Assembly: GCA_947502645.1 (NCBI GenBank)
Contig: CANNAD010000003.1
Span: 54,622-118,621 of the forward strand
Length of the DNA: 64,000 nucleotides
Reading direction: 5' to 3'
Source: an uncultured Micrococcaceae bacterium
Lineage (GTDB): Bacteria > Actinomycetota > Actinomycetes > Actinomycetales > Micrococcaceae
Shown: piece after piece, positions 56,523 through 64,000 of the stretch
How positions within the stretch are numbered: the stretch's first letter is position 1
How the letters are laid out: each line of letters begins with the position of its first letter
Notes under the pieces: generated by a model
Told to the model about the DNA's origin: nothing
Seen by the model: only the letters and a program-made list of their open reading frames with translations
Databases searched by the model: none
Position numbers and translations under genes: made by a program

Positions 56523-57723
56523 CTGAAACGTCTAGTTCGGCAGCGGAGATATCGGCCTTCTGTGCGTCGTTCAGCTGGCGTGCATCCAGCCAGCCTTCCG
56601 GTAGAGCAGTTCGTTTTGGAGTGCCCGCCCGTCCTCGGGGGCCTTCGGCGTCGGCACCGGGATACGGTGCGTCCGGGTCAAGCTCGTCCAGCAGTTCGCG
56701 GAGTACTTCAAGAGTTGGCACAGTAGCCAGTCTGGCACGAAGATCTCCGCCCACCACGTAACCCTTGAAGTACCAGGCCATGTGCTTGCGGATATCCCGA
56801 AGTGCTTTCCCTTCATCGCCGAAGGTGTCGATCAGCAGCTGGGCGTGGCGGTATACGCTGGCCGCGACCTCTCCCAGACCGGGCCGGTGCCGGTCGCTTC
56901 GACCCTCGAAAGCTGCCATCAGGTCTCCGAACAGCCAGGGCCTGCCCTGGCAGCCACGACCAATGACGACGCCGTCCACTCCCGTTTCATGCACCATTCG
57001 CATGGCGTCTTCGGCGCTCCAGATGTCACCGTTGCCCAGGACCGGGATATCCGGAAGAGCTTCACGCAGGCGCGCAATGGCGGTCCAGTCTGCCTTGCCG
57101 GAGTAGAACTGTGAGGCTGTCCGTCCGTGCAGTGCTACTGCCGCGACACCGCTGTCGCGCGCCATCCGCCCCGCTTCGAGGTAGGTCAGGTGATCGTCGT
57201 CGATTCCCTTGCGCATTTTGATGGTCAGGGGAACGTTGCCCTTCGACGCTTCCCGTACCGCTGTCTGCACGATTGACGTGAACAGGTCCGTCTTCCAGGG
57301 CAACGCAGCGCCGCCACCCTTGCGGGTCACCTTTGGAACAGGGCACCCGAAGTTGAGGTCGATGTGGTCCGTCCGGTCCTCTTCCACGAGCAGACGCACC
57401 GCCTGGCCCACGGTGACGGGGTCCACTCCATAGAGCTGGACGGACCGCACTTTCTCATCGGCGTCGTGGGAGATAATCCGCATGGATTCCGGGGTTCGTT
57501 CGACGAGAGCCCTGGAGGTCACCATTTCCGAAACGTACAGGCCTCCGCCGTATTCGCGGCACAACCGCCGAAACGCCGTGTTGGTGATGCCGGCCATTGG
57601 GGCAAGGACCACAGGCGTGTTCACGGTCAGCGGCCCAAGCTTCAGCGGTGGCAGCTGTAGCTTCGCCGGGGCTTCCGAGGGCCGCGCGGAGGACGGGACT
57701 TGGTCTGTTGCGATGGTACTCAC
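56515..57723 (-). CDS. dus: tRNA-dihydrouridine synthase
   Basis: 402 aa: …VVLAPMAGITNTAFRRLCREYG…DLNFGCPVPKV…. Has an 8-nt overlap with dgt. Confidence 0.9.
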   Translation of the reverse strand: MSTIATDQVPSSARPSEAPAKLQLPPLKLGPLTVNTPVVLAPMAGITNTAFRRLCREYGGGLYVSEMVTSRALVERTPESMRIISHDADEKVRSVQLYGVDPVTVGQAVRLLVEEDRTDHIDLNFGCPVPKVTRKGGGAALPWKTDLFTSIVQTAVREASKGNVPLTIKMRKGIDDDHLTYLEAGRMARDSGVAAVALHGRTASQFYSGKADWTAIARLREALPDIPVLGNGDIWSAEDAMRMVHETGVDGVVIGRGCQGRPWLFGDLMAAFEGRSDRHRPGLGEVAASVYRHAQLLIDTFGDEGKALRDIRKHMAWYFKGYVVGGDLRARLATVPTLEVLRELLDELDPDAPYPGADAEGPRGRAGTPKRTALPEGWLDARQLNDAQKADISAAELDVSGG

Positions 57724-57855
57724 CGCTCTATTCTCGCAAATACTCGCGCGAAACGTTTATCCGCTGTGGAAGAAACAGTGCTGGCGCGCGGTGAGTGACT
57801 ATATAGTCGTGGGAACGGGGCCCGATGGCGTGCGCAATGACGGAAGGACTGGCCA

Positions 57856-58680
57856 ATGGCATGGAAACCCAGTCCCAACGACCGCGTCTATCGTGCCGTC
57901 GTTTACAGTGGACTGCTCTTCGTGAAACTCTTCCGCATCAAGGTCATCATCAGCGGCAAGGAGAATCTTCCCGCCCGTGAGCCCATGAGCGGGCCCTCAC
58001 GACGGCCCTCCCCCGGCCACGGCGCAGTTATAGCCATCACGCATTTCGGCTACCTGGATTTCGTGTTCGCCGAGTGGATGCTCTGGAAGAAGCTCCGGGC
58101 GCAAATGCGCTTCCTGGTGACCAAGCGTGCAGCATCCCACTGGTTCACCGGACCCATTGTTCACGCAACCGGACACGTCATCGTCGACAGAAGCGCCGGT
58201 GCCGACGGTTACCGCGGAGCCCTGGAAAAGCTCAGGCAGGGTGAGTACGTCGCCATCCTCCCGGAGGCCGGGGTCAGCCGAAGCTACTGTGTCCGCGAGC
58301 TGAAAACCGGCGCTGTGCGTCTGGCCGCCGAAGCCAACGTTCCCATCATTCCCGTCTCGATCTGGGGCGCGCACCGACTGCTCTCACGCGGTCACGGCTT
58401 CTCGGTCCGCCGCGCCTGGCGTGCCCCCGTCCGCGTCCATATCGGCAAACCCATCCGGCATTCGGCTGCGCTGACCGACGCGGACGTCGTCCAGGAGACC
58501 AAAGTCCTGCGCACCGAACTTCAGGAGGGAATAGATCGCTGCATCGCGGACTTCCCGCTCCAGCCGGAACCACGGGCATGGTGGATGCCCGCGCACCTTG
58601 GCGGCGGAGCCATGACGGAAGAAGAGCGCATCGAGGCCGACGAGGTTGACCGCGCCGAGGGCCGCCACCGCCGCGGGTGA
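57856..58680 (+). CDS. lysophospholipid (1-acylglycerol-3-phosphate type) acyltransferase
   Basis: 274 aa with the H-x4-D motif (ITHFGYLDF) and ILPEAGVSR. Confidence 0.85.
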   Translation: MAWKPSPNDRVYRAVVYSGLLFVKLFRIKVIISGKENLPAREPMSGPSRRPSPGHGAVIAITHFGYLDFVFAEWMLWKKLRAQMRFLVTKRAASHWFTGPIVHATGHVIVDRSAGADGYRGALEKLRQGEYVAILPEAGVSRSYCVRELKTGAVRLAAEANVPIIPVSIWGAHRLLSRGHGFSVRRAWRAPVRVHIGKPIRHSAALTDADVVQETKVLRTELQEGIDRCIADFPLQPEPRAWWMPAHLGGGAMTEEERIEADEVDRAEGRHRRG

Positions 58681-58698
58681 CGACTCTCGGCCGCAGCG

Positions 58699-59607
58699 TC
58701 AGTCGCTGACGACCAGCGTCTCCAGTTCGTCCTGCCGTGCGGACCCTGAAGCCAGCAATGGTTCCAGAACACGGCAAAGGGCGGTCATGGAGTCATCCAA
58801 CTCAAGCTGGACCGGGTACTGGTGCACGAGCATGGCCAACAACGTGGCCAGCGCAGCATCTTGCTCAGAGGCCGGCAGTTCGGCATTGCATCCCACCAGG
58901 ACGTCGGCAGGTTCATCAGTGCGCGCCTGCGTGTAACTGACGGCAAACGCTGCGATCGCGCCGCCGTCGACCTTTGGCTTGTCCCGCAGCACGATGGCTC
59001 CGGAGGCACCGGTGAGCTCTGCCAACAGGTACTGCTGCGCCTGTCCGAGAGACATCTGGGCCGGATCCCACGTATGGACGGCGTTGTACCAATCCGCCAC
59101 AGCGCGCGTCAGTTCCACGGAGCCGGTAGCTGCCTCTTCAAGCTGCGGGCCGGCAGGATCCTCAAATGGAGGCGGGGTGAGTGCGCCGGGAAGAACCGTG
59201 ACGATTCTCGAGCGCTGGATCGGGGTCAGTCCCGTAGCCGAGGCAAACGCAGCCCCTGATGTGCCCGGGTTCACCTTGGCGCGCAGGGTTGTCACGCCCG
59301 ACGGCGATTTCGCGGCCTCATGCCGCAGCATCGTCAACAGGGTGGATCCGATTCCCGAACGCCGATGATCGGCTGCGACCTCGATATACGCCCACAGCCG
59401 TTCGCTGTGGAGCTTTGCCTCAAACACGCAGCCAGCTGCCACAGGAACGCCGTCGTCCTCGGCCACAATGCACCGTGACCAGGGATCCTCCGAGGCAGGC
59501 CTCAGGAGACTGCGGGCCTGCTCGGCCTGGGGGCCGTCCGGAGCCCCCCAGATCTGGAGCAGCTCAAGATCATCGCCGTCCTGCCATGGACGGTAATGCA
59601 GAGCCAT
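58699..59607 (-). CDS. GNAT family N-acetyltransferase
   Basis: 302 aa: …WAYIEVAADHRRSGIGSTLLTMLRHEA…. Its ATG overlaps the glyQS TGA by 1 nt. Confidence 0.7.
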   Translation of the reverse strand: MALHYRPWQDGDDLELLQIWGAPDGPQAEQARSLLRPASEDPWSRCIVAEDDGVPVAAGCVFEAKLHSERLWAYIEVAADHRRSGIGSTLLTMLRHEAAKSPSGVTTLRAKVNPGTSGAAFASATGLTPIQRSRIVTVLPGALTPPPFEDPAGPQLEEAATGSVELTRAVADWYNAVHTWDPAQMSLGQAQQYLLAELTGASGAIVLRDKPKVDGGAIAAFAVSYTQARTDEPADVLVGCNAELPASEQDAALATLLAMLVHQYPVQLELDDSMTALCRVLEPLLASGSARQDELETLVVSD

Positions 59608-60995
59608 CAGGCACCTGCCAGACGCGCCGCGAGGTACCCCTCAACCTGATCCAGGGCAACACGTTCCTGTGACATGGTGTCCCGTTCACGGATTGTGACG
59701 GCCTGGTCCTCGAGAGTGTCGAAGTCAACGGTGATGCAGAACGGCGTGCCGATCTCGTCCTGACGACGGTACCGCCGCCCGATGGCACCGGCGTCGTCGA
59801 AATCAATATTCCAGCGCTTCCGCAGCGTTGCCGAGAGGTCGCGTGCCTTGGGTGAGAGATCCTCGTTGCGGCTCAGCGGCAGGACCGCAGCCTTGACCGG
59901 TGCAAGACGCGGGTCTAGCCGGAGTACCGTCCGCTTGTCCACGCCGCCCTTGGAATTCGGGGCTTCGTCCTCCGTATAGGCATCGACCAGGAACGCCATC
60001 ATGGAACGGGTCAGCCCGAACGAGGGTTCGATGACATACGGGATGAACCGTTCGCCTGTCTGCTGGTTGAAGTAGCTCAGTTCCGTACCGGAATCCTTGG
60101 AATGAACGCCGAGGTCGTAGTCGGTGCGGTTGGCCACACCCATCAGCTCGCCCCACTCCGAGCCCTGGAAACCAAAACGGTACTCCAGGTCGATGGTGCC
60201 CGAAGAATAGTGCGCGCGGTCTTCAGCGGGCACATCCAGCCGACGCAGATTATCCGGATTGATGCCGAGATCCGTGAACCAGTTCCAGCATTCCTCCACC
60301 CAGTGCCCGAACCACTCATCGGCATCTGCGGGGGCAGTGAAAAATTCGATTTCCATCTGCTCGAACTCACGGGTCCGGAAGATGAAGTTACCCGGGGTGA
60401 TCTCGTTTCGGAAGGCTTTACCTATCTGGCCAATGCCGAACGGCGGCTTCTTGCGCGACGTGTTCAGGACATTGTTGAAATTCACGAAGATGCCCTGTGC
60501 AGTTTCGGGACGCAAATAGTTCAGGCCCTCCTCGTTGTCCACGGGACCAAGGAAGGTTTTCAGCAGACCGGAGAAGTTCTGCGGCTCCGTCCATTCATCC
60601 TTCGTGCCGCAGTTCGGGCAGGCGATGTCGGCCATGCCGTTTTCCGGGGCACGCCCCTTCTTCGCCTCAAAAGCCTCCAGCAGGTGATCCTGACGAAGAC
60701 GACGGTGACAGGAGAGGCACTCCACCAGCGGATCAGAGAAGGTAGCCACGTGTCCGGACGCTTCCCATACCCTGCGGGGAAGGATGACCGAGGAGTCCAG
60801 GCCCACCATGTCTTCGCGTCCGCGGACGAACGTCTGCCACCACTGCGCCTTGATGTTCTCCTTCAGTTCAACACCGAGGGGACCATAGTCCCAGGCTGAC
60901 CGGGATCCGCCATAGATTTCACCGGCCTGAAACACGAATCCACGCCGCTTCGCGAGCGAGATAATCGGATCAAGTGCAGATGTTTTCTTGGCCAC
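59607..60995 (-). CDS. glyQS: glycine--tRNA ligase (dimeric class II type)
   Basis: [49 protein letters not shown]… matches the family N-terminus. GTG 60995 gives 462 aa; the track start at 61070 is rejected. Confidence 0.95.
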   Translation of the reverse strand: MAKKTSALDPIISLAKRRGFVFQAGEIYGGSRSAWDYGPLGVELKENIKAQWWQTFVRGREDMVGLDSSVILPRRVWEASGHVATFSDPLVECLSCHRRLRQDHLLEAFEAKKGRAPENGMADIACPNCGTKDEWTEPQNFSGLLKTFLGPVDNEEGLNYLRPETAQGIFVNFNNVLNTSRKKPPFGIGQIGKAFRNEITPGNFIFRTREFEQMEIEFFTAPADADEWFGHWVEECWNWFTDLGINPDNLRRLDVPAEDRAHYSSGTIDLEYRFGFQGSEWGELMGVANRTDYDLGVHSKDSGTELSYFNQQTGERFIPYVIEPSFGLTRSMMAFLVDAYTEDEAPNSKGGVDKRTVLRLDPRLAPVKAAVLPLSRNEDLSPKARDLSATLRKRWNIDFDDAGAIGRRYRRQDEIGTPFCITVDFDTLEDQAVTIRERDTMSQERVALDQVEGYLAARLAGA

Positions 60996-61111
60996 GTTTG
61001 CCGTCCGTTCCTTTACGTGTTGGGCGTTCTCCTCTAGCCTACCTGCGGTTTCCCCGGCTCCCAGCGCCAAGGTGGTCCCCCGGGAGCGGCGGGCTCAGGC
61101 AGAATGTACCC

Positions 61112-61342
61112 ATGAGTGAAGCAGACTACACCGACGTACCCCTCAGAGACTCCATGATCCGGCTGGGCCAATTGTTGAAACTGGCCAACCTGGTCGAGGA
61201 CGGAGCCGAAGCCAAGGACCTGATCGAAAACGGCATGGTCCAGGTGAACGGGGACATTGAGGATCGGCGAGGGCGTCAGCTGCACCCGGGCGACATCGTG
61301 TCCGCCGCGGGGCAGACAGTCCGGCTCGTGCCGTCGTCGTAA
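61112..61342 (+). CDS. S4-domain RNA-binding protein (YbcJ-like)
   Basis: 76 aa: MSEADYTDVPLRDSMIRLGQLLKLANLVEDGAEAKDLIENGMVQVNGDIEDRRGRQL…. The track start at 60974 is rejected. Confidence 0.75.
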   Translation: MSEADYTDVPLRDSMIRLGQLLKLANLVEDGAEAKDLIENGMVQVNGDIEDRRGRQLHPGDIVSAAGQTVRLVPSS

Positions 61343-61378
61343 TCTCCGCCCTGCTCCCCGACCTTCCGCCAGCGACGC

Positions 61379-62038
61379 TCAGGCCTGCGAGCGCCCCAGG
61401 ACCTTGAAGGTGAGGAACTCGGCAACGTGAGCCAGTTCCTGGGCGTTGACGCTGTGCATCATGTTCGCGTACAGGACCTTTGTCAGGTCAGTGTGCTTCC
61501 CGATCCATGAGTGCGTGTATTCGATCTTGTCCGCTGTGATGACGGGGTCCTCCTGGTCCCGTCCCCAGAAGAACGGAATGTTGGCCTCGGCCAGCTCGTC
61601 GTCCTGGAAGAAGGCGTTCCCTTCCTCCTTGATGGCAAAACCGGACAGGCCGACGACGGCGGCGAAGTCGTGGGGGCGGTGGCGCAGCAGGGTGGTGGCC
61701 ATGGCCATGCCCATGGAGAATCCGAGCAGGCTGACGTTGCTGTGCTGGCCGCGAACGCTGTCCAGCCAGGTAAGGACGTCCTTGGACGCACGCATGACTT
61801 CCTCGAAGGAGTAATTCAAGTCCTGGGTGAGCGGGAACCAGGCGAATCCGGGCCCTACCGACATCGGCGCCCGAAGTGACACGAGAGTGAAATCTGCTGG
61901 CAGGCGGTCCGCGAGACCCATCAGGTCCTGCTCATTGGACATGTACCCGTGGAATAGGACCAGCAGCGGCGTGCCGGCACGCTCGTGTTCGGGCTTGGAC
62001 CACAGGACGACGGGGCTCCAGGAATCTGTATCAGTCAT
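61379..62038 (-). CDS. alpha/beta hydrolase (phospholipase/carboxylesterase family)
   Basis: 219 aa: …LLVLFHGYMSNEQD…, nucleophile elbow GFSMG, …MHSV…. Confidence 0.8.
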   Translation of the reverse strand: MTDTDSWSPVVLWSKPEHERAGTPLLVLFHGYMSNEQDLMGLADRLPADFTLVSLRAPMSVGPGFAWFPLTQDLNYSFEEVMRASKDVLTWLDSVRGQHSNVSLLGFSMGMAMATTLLRHRPHDFAAVVGLSGFAIKEEGNAFFQDDELAEANIPFFWGRDQEDPVITADKIEYTHSWIGKHTDLTKVLYANMMHSVNAQELAHVAEFLTFKVLGRSQA

Positions 62039-62058
62039 ACGCGTAATTCTGGCACGCT

Positions 62059-63228
62059 CTAGCTCGGGTCCGCATACGCCGTCGCTGATGGGCCGGCGTC
62101 GAACATGCCGGTCCGGAGTATGCCGTCCAGCTGGGACACGCTGGTCAGGAATCCGTCGTGGCCCTCGGCGGCCTGGATGGTGTGCAGCTGTACCGGGCCG
62201 GGTAGTGCTGCGGCCAGATCGTAGGACTGCTGTGGAAAGTACAGGCGGTCCGAGTCAACGGGCGCGACGACGAAGGACGCCGTGCAGGCTGCGAGCGCCG
62301 GGCTGATTCCTCCGCGGTTCCGTCCGACGTCGTGGCTCATCAGAAGCTCGGTCAGCACGAGGTAGCTGTTGGCGTCGAACCGTGACGTCAGCTTCGCTGC
62401 GTGGTGGTCCAGGTAGCTCTCCACCTGATAGCGGCCGCGGTGTCGTGATGGTCCGTGGGTGAATGGGGATTCACCTGGTTGGGGCTGTCTGCCGAACCTG
62501 TGTTGAAGTTCGGGTTCGGAACGGTAGGTGATGTGCGCTATCCGTCTGGCCAGGCCGAGGCCCTGGACCGGAGGAGCGGCTCCGTAGTAGTCACCATTCC
62601 TGAAGTGGGGGTCCATGCGAATGGCGGCAATCTGGGCCTGGGCATAGCCGATCTGCTCGGCGGTGCTGGCCGCGGTGCTGGCAACGACCAGGCAGTTCGC
62701 CACCCGTTCGGGGTAGGTCGCCGCCCATTCCAGGGCCCGCGCTCCGCCCAGGGATCCCCCGGCGACGGCGTGCCAGCGGTCGATCCCGAGGGCGTCCGCC
62801 AACCGTGCTTCCGCATATACGGAATCGCGGACGGTCACCGCAGGAAAGCGGGAGCCCCAGGGGTCGCCGTCGGGCGCTGGCGACGACGGACCGGTAGATC
62901 CGTAGCAGCCGCCAAGGATGTTCGTGGCCACGACGAAGTACCGGTCCGTGTCAATCGTTCTGCCTGGACCAACCAACTCCTCCCACCAGCCGTCTTCGCT
63001 GCTGTCCCCACGGGAGACGTGGCTGCTGCCGGTCAGCGCATGCTGGATCAGGACGGCGTTGGAGGCATTCTTGTTCAACCGCCCCCACGTCTCATAGGCG
63101 AGCGTGACGGACGGAAGTGTTTCCCCGTTTTCCAGGTCCAGATCGCCGACCCCGGTGCAGCGCAACATGCCGTCACCGGGTGCCGTGAAGCAGCCGTCGA
63201 TGTCCTGGACTGCCGGAAAGATAGTCAA
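62059..63228 (-). CDS. metX: homoserine O-acetyltransferase
   Basis: …LAYETWGRLNKNASNAVLIQHALTGSSHV…GGSLGGARALEW…. The track start at 63351 would overlap metY. I chose TTG 63228 (389 aa); ATG 63168 (369 aa) is the alternative. Confidence 0.88.
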   Translation of the reverse strand: MTIFPAVQDIDGCFTAPGDGMLRCTGVGDLDLENGETLPSVTLAYETWGRLNKNASNAVLIQHALTGSSHVSRGDSSEDGWWEELVGPGRTIDTDRYFVVATNILGGCYGSTGPSSPAPDGDPWGSRFPAVTVRDSVYAEARLADALGIDRWHAVAGGSLGGARALEWAATYPERVANCLVVASTAASTAEQIGYAQAQIAAIRMDPHFRNGDYYGAAPPVQGLGLARRIAHITYRSEPELQHRFGRQPQPGESPFTHGPSRHRGRYQVESYLDHHAAKLTSRFDANSYLVLTELLMSHDVGRNRGGISPALAACTASFVVAPVDSDRLYFPQQSYDLAAALPGPVQLHTIQAAEGHDGFLTSVSQLDGILRTGMFDAGPSATAYADPS

Positions 63229-63250
63229 GGCCTTTTCGCTTTCGATGGTG

Positions 63251-64000
63251 CTAGGCGCTCTTGGCTGCCCGGAATCCTGCCTCCAGATCGGCGAGGATGT
63301 CGTCCAGGTTTTCCAGGCCCACGGAGAGGCGGACCAGCCCGGGACGGACACCAGCGGCCAACTGCTCCTCCGCGGTGAGCTGGCGGTGCGTTGTTGAGGC
63401 CGGGTGGATCACCAGCGACCGGACATCGCCCACATTTGCCACGTGCGAGTGCAGTTCCAGACCGTCGACGAACTTCTGGCCGGCTTCGAGGCCGCCACGG
63501 ATATCGAAGGACACGATGGCGCCTGCCCCCTTTTCACTGTATTTGCGTCCGCGCTCGTACCAGGGGCTCGACGGCAGTCCGGCGTAGGCCACGGCCTCGA
63601 CGTCGTCGCGGGTTTCCAGCCAGGCGGCGACGGCTTCGGCGTTCTCGACATGGCGCTCAAGCCGAAGGCTGAGCGTTTCGAGGCCCTGGGCGATCAGGAA
63701 TGCGTTGAAGGGTGAAACGGAGGACCCGAGGTCCCGCAGCAGCTGAACGCGCGCCTTGAGGATGTAGGCGAGGTTTGCTCCCAGCTCCGAGCCGACGCCG
63801 AGGTCCCGCGCGAAAACGAGCCCGGCGTAGCTCTGATCCGGTGTGTTGAAGGACGGAAAACGATCGGGTTCGGCGGCGAAATCAAAGTTGCCCGAGTCCA
63901 CGACGACCCCGGCAATGGCCGTGCCATGACCGCCGAGGTACTTCGTTGCTGAATGCACCACGATGTCTGCGCCCCACTCGATGGGACGGATCAGGTACGG
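63251..64000 (-). CDS. metY: O-acetylhomoserine sulfhydrylase (PLP-dependent, Cys/Met metabolism family); the 5' end lies beyond the right edge
   Basis: …VHSATKYLGGHGTAIAGVVVD… is the PLP-lysine motif. The frame stays open to the window end. metY-metX context. Confidence 0.9.
   Translation of the reverse strand, partial: PYLIRPIEWGADIVVHSATKYLGGHGTAIAGVVVDSGNFDFAAEPDRFPSFNTPDQSYAGLVFARDLGVGSELGANLAYILKARVQLLRDLGSSVSPFNAFLIAQGLETLSLRLERHVENAEAVAAWLETRDDVEAVAYAGLPSSPWYERGRKYSEKGAGAIVSFDIRGGLEAGQKFVDGLELHSHVANVGDVRSLVIHPASTTHRQLTAEEQLAAGVRPGLVRLSVGLENLDDILADLEAGFRAAKSA

Noticed and set aside
60996-61111. T-box or other riboswitch leader upstream of glyQS
   Set aside because: Only about 115 nt is available, and it is shared with the divergent S4-domain gene. 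There is no specifier hairpin or T-box sequence and no terminator/antiterminator pair.

Overview
High-GC actinobacterial chromosome, probably Micrococcales or Arthrobacter-like (inferred from protein sequences and gene order). Most of the window is conserved core genome, and most genes are on the minus strand. The backbone, from high to low coordinate on the minus strand, is as follows. (1) metY-metX, glyQS, dus-dgt-dnaG, tRNA-Asn. (2) An envelope module: holin-like gene, CDP-alcohol phosphatidyltransferase, polytopic membrane protein, GT4 glycosyltransferase. (3) tRNA-Met(CAT), then rpsB-tsf-pyrH-frr-cdsA. (4) A block of about 20 kb of catabolic and transport genes. It holds two DUF485 plus solute:sodium symporter modules around a LytS-like/LytTR two-component system. 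It also holds an Lrp-controlled branched-chain keto-acid dehydrogenase operon and a TetR-controlled leucine/isovalerate (possibly also itaconate) operon. That operon uses a CitE-like lyase and a MaoC hydratase. (5) rip1-type site-2 protease, a SatD-like gene pair, proS, rimP-nusA-ylxR-infB-rbfA-truB, three small membrane proteins, ribF-rpsO-pnp and a truncated M16 peptidase. I found two tRNAs and no rRNA, CRISPR array, transposase, integrase or recognisable defence system. Many ORF-track entries are N-terminally over-extended, and the track translates GTG/TTG starts as M. I re-picked starts where protein-family N-termini, neighbouring stop codons or Shine-Dalgarno sequences supported it. I see no compelling novel system. 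The best candidates for a second look are: the twin symporter / LytS-like locus; the SatD-like plus membrane protein pair next to the site-2 protease; the three membrane-protein genes translationally coupled to truB; and the tRNA-bracketed envelope module. All family names come from reading motifs in the translations. No database search was run.
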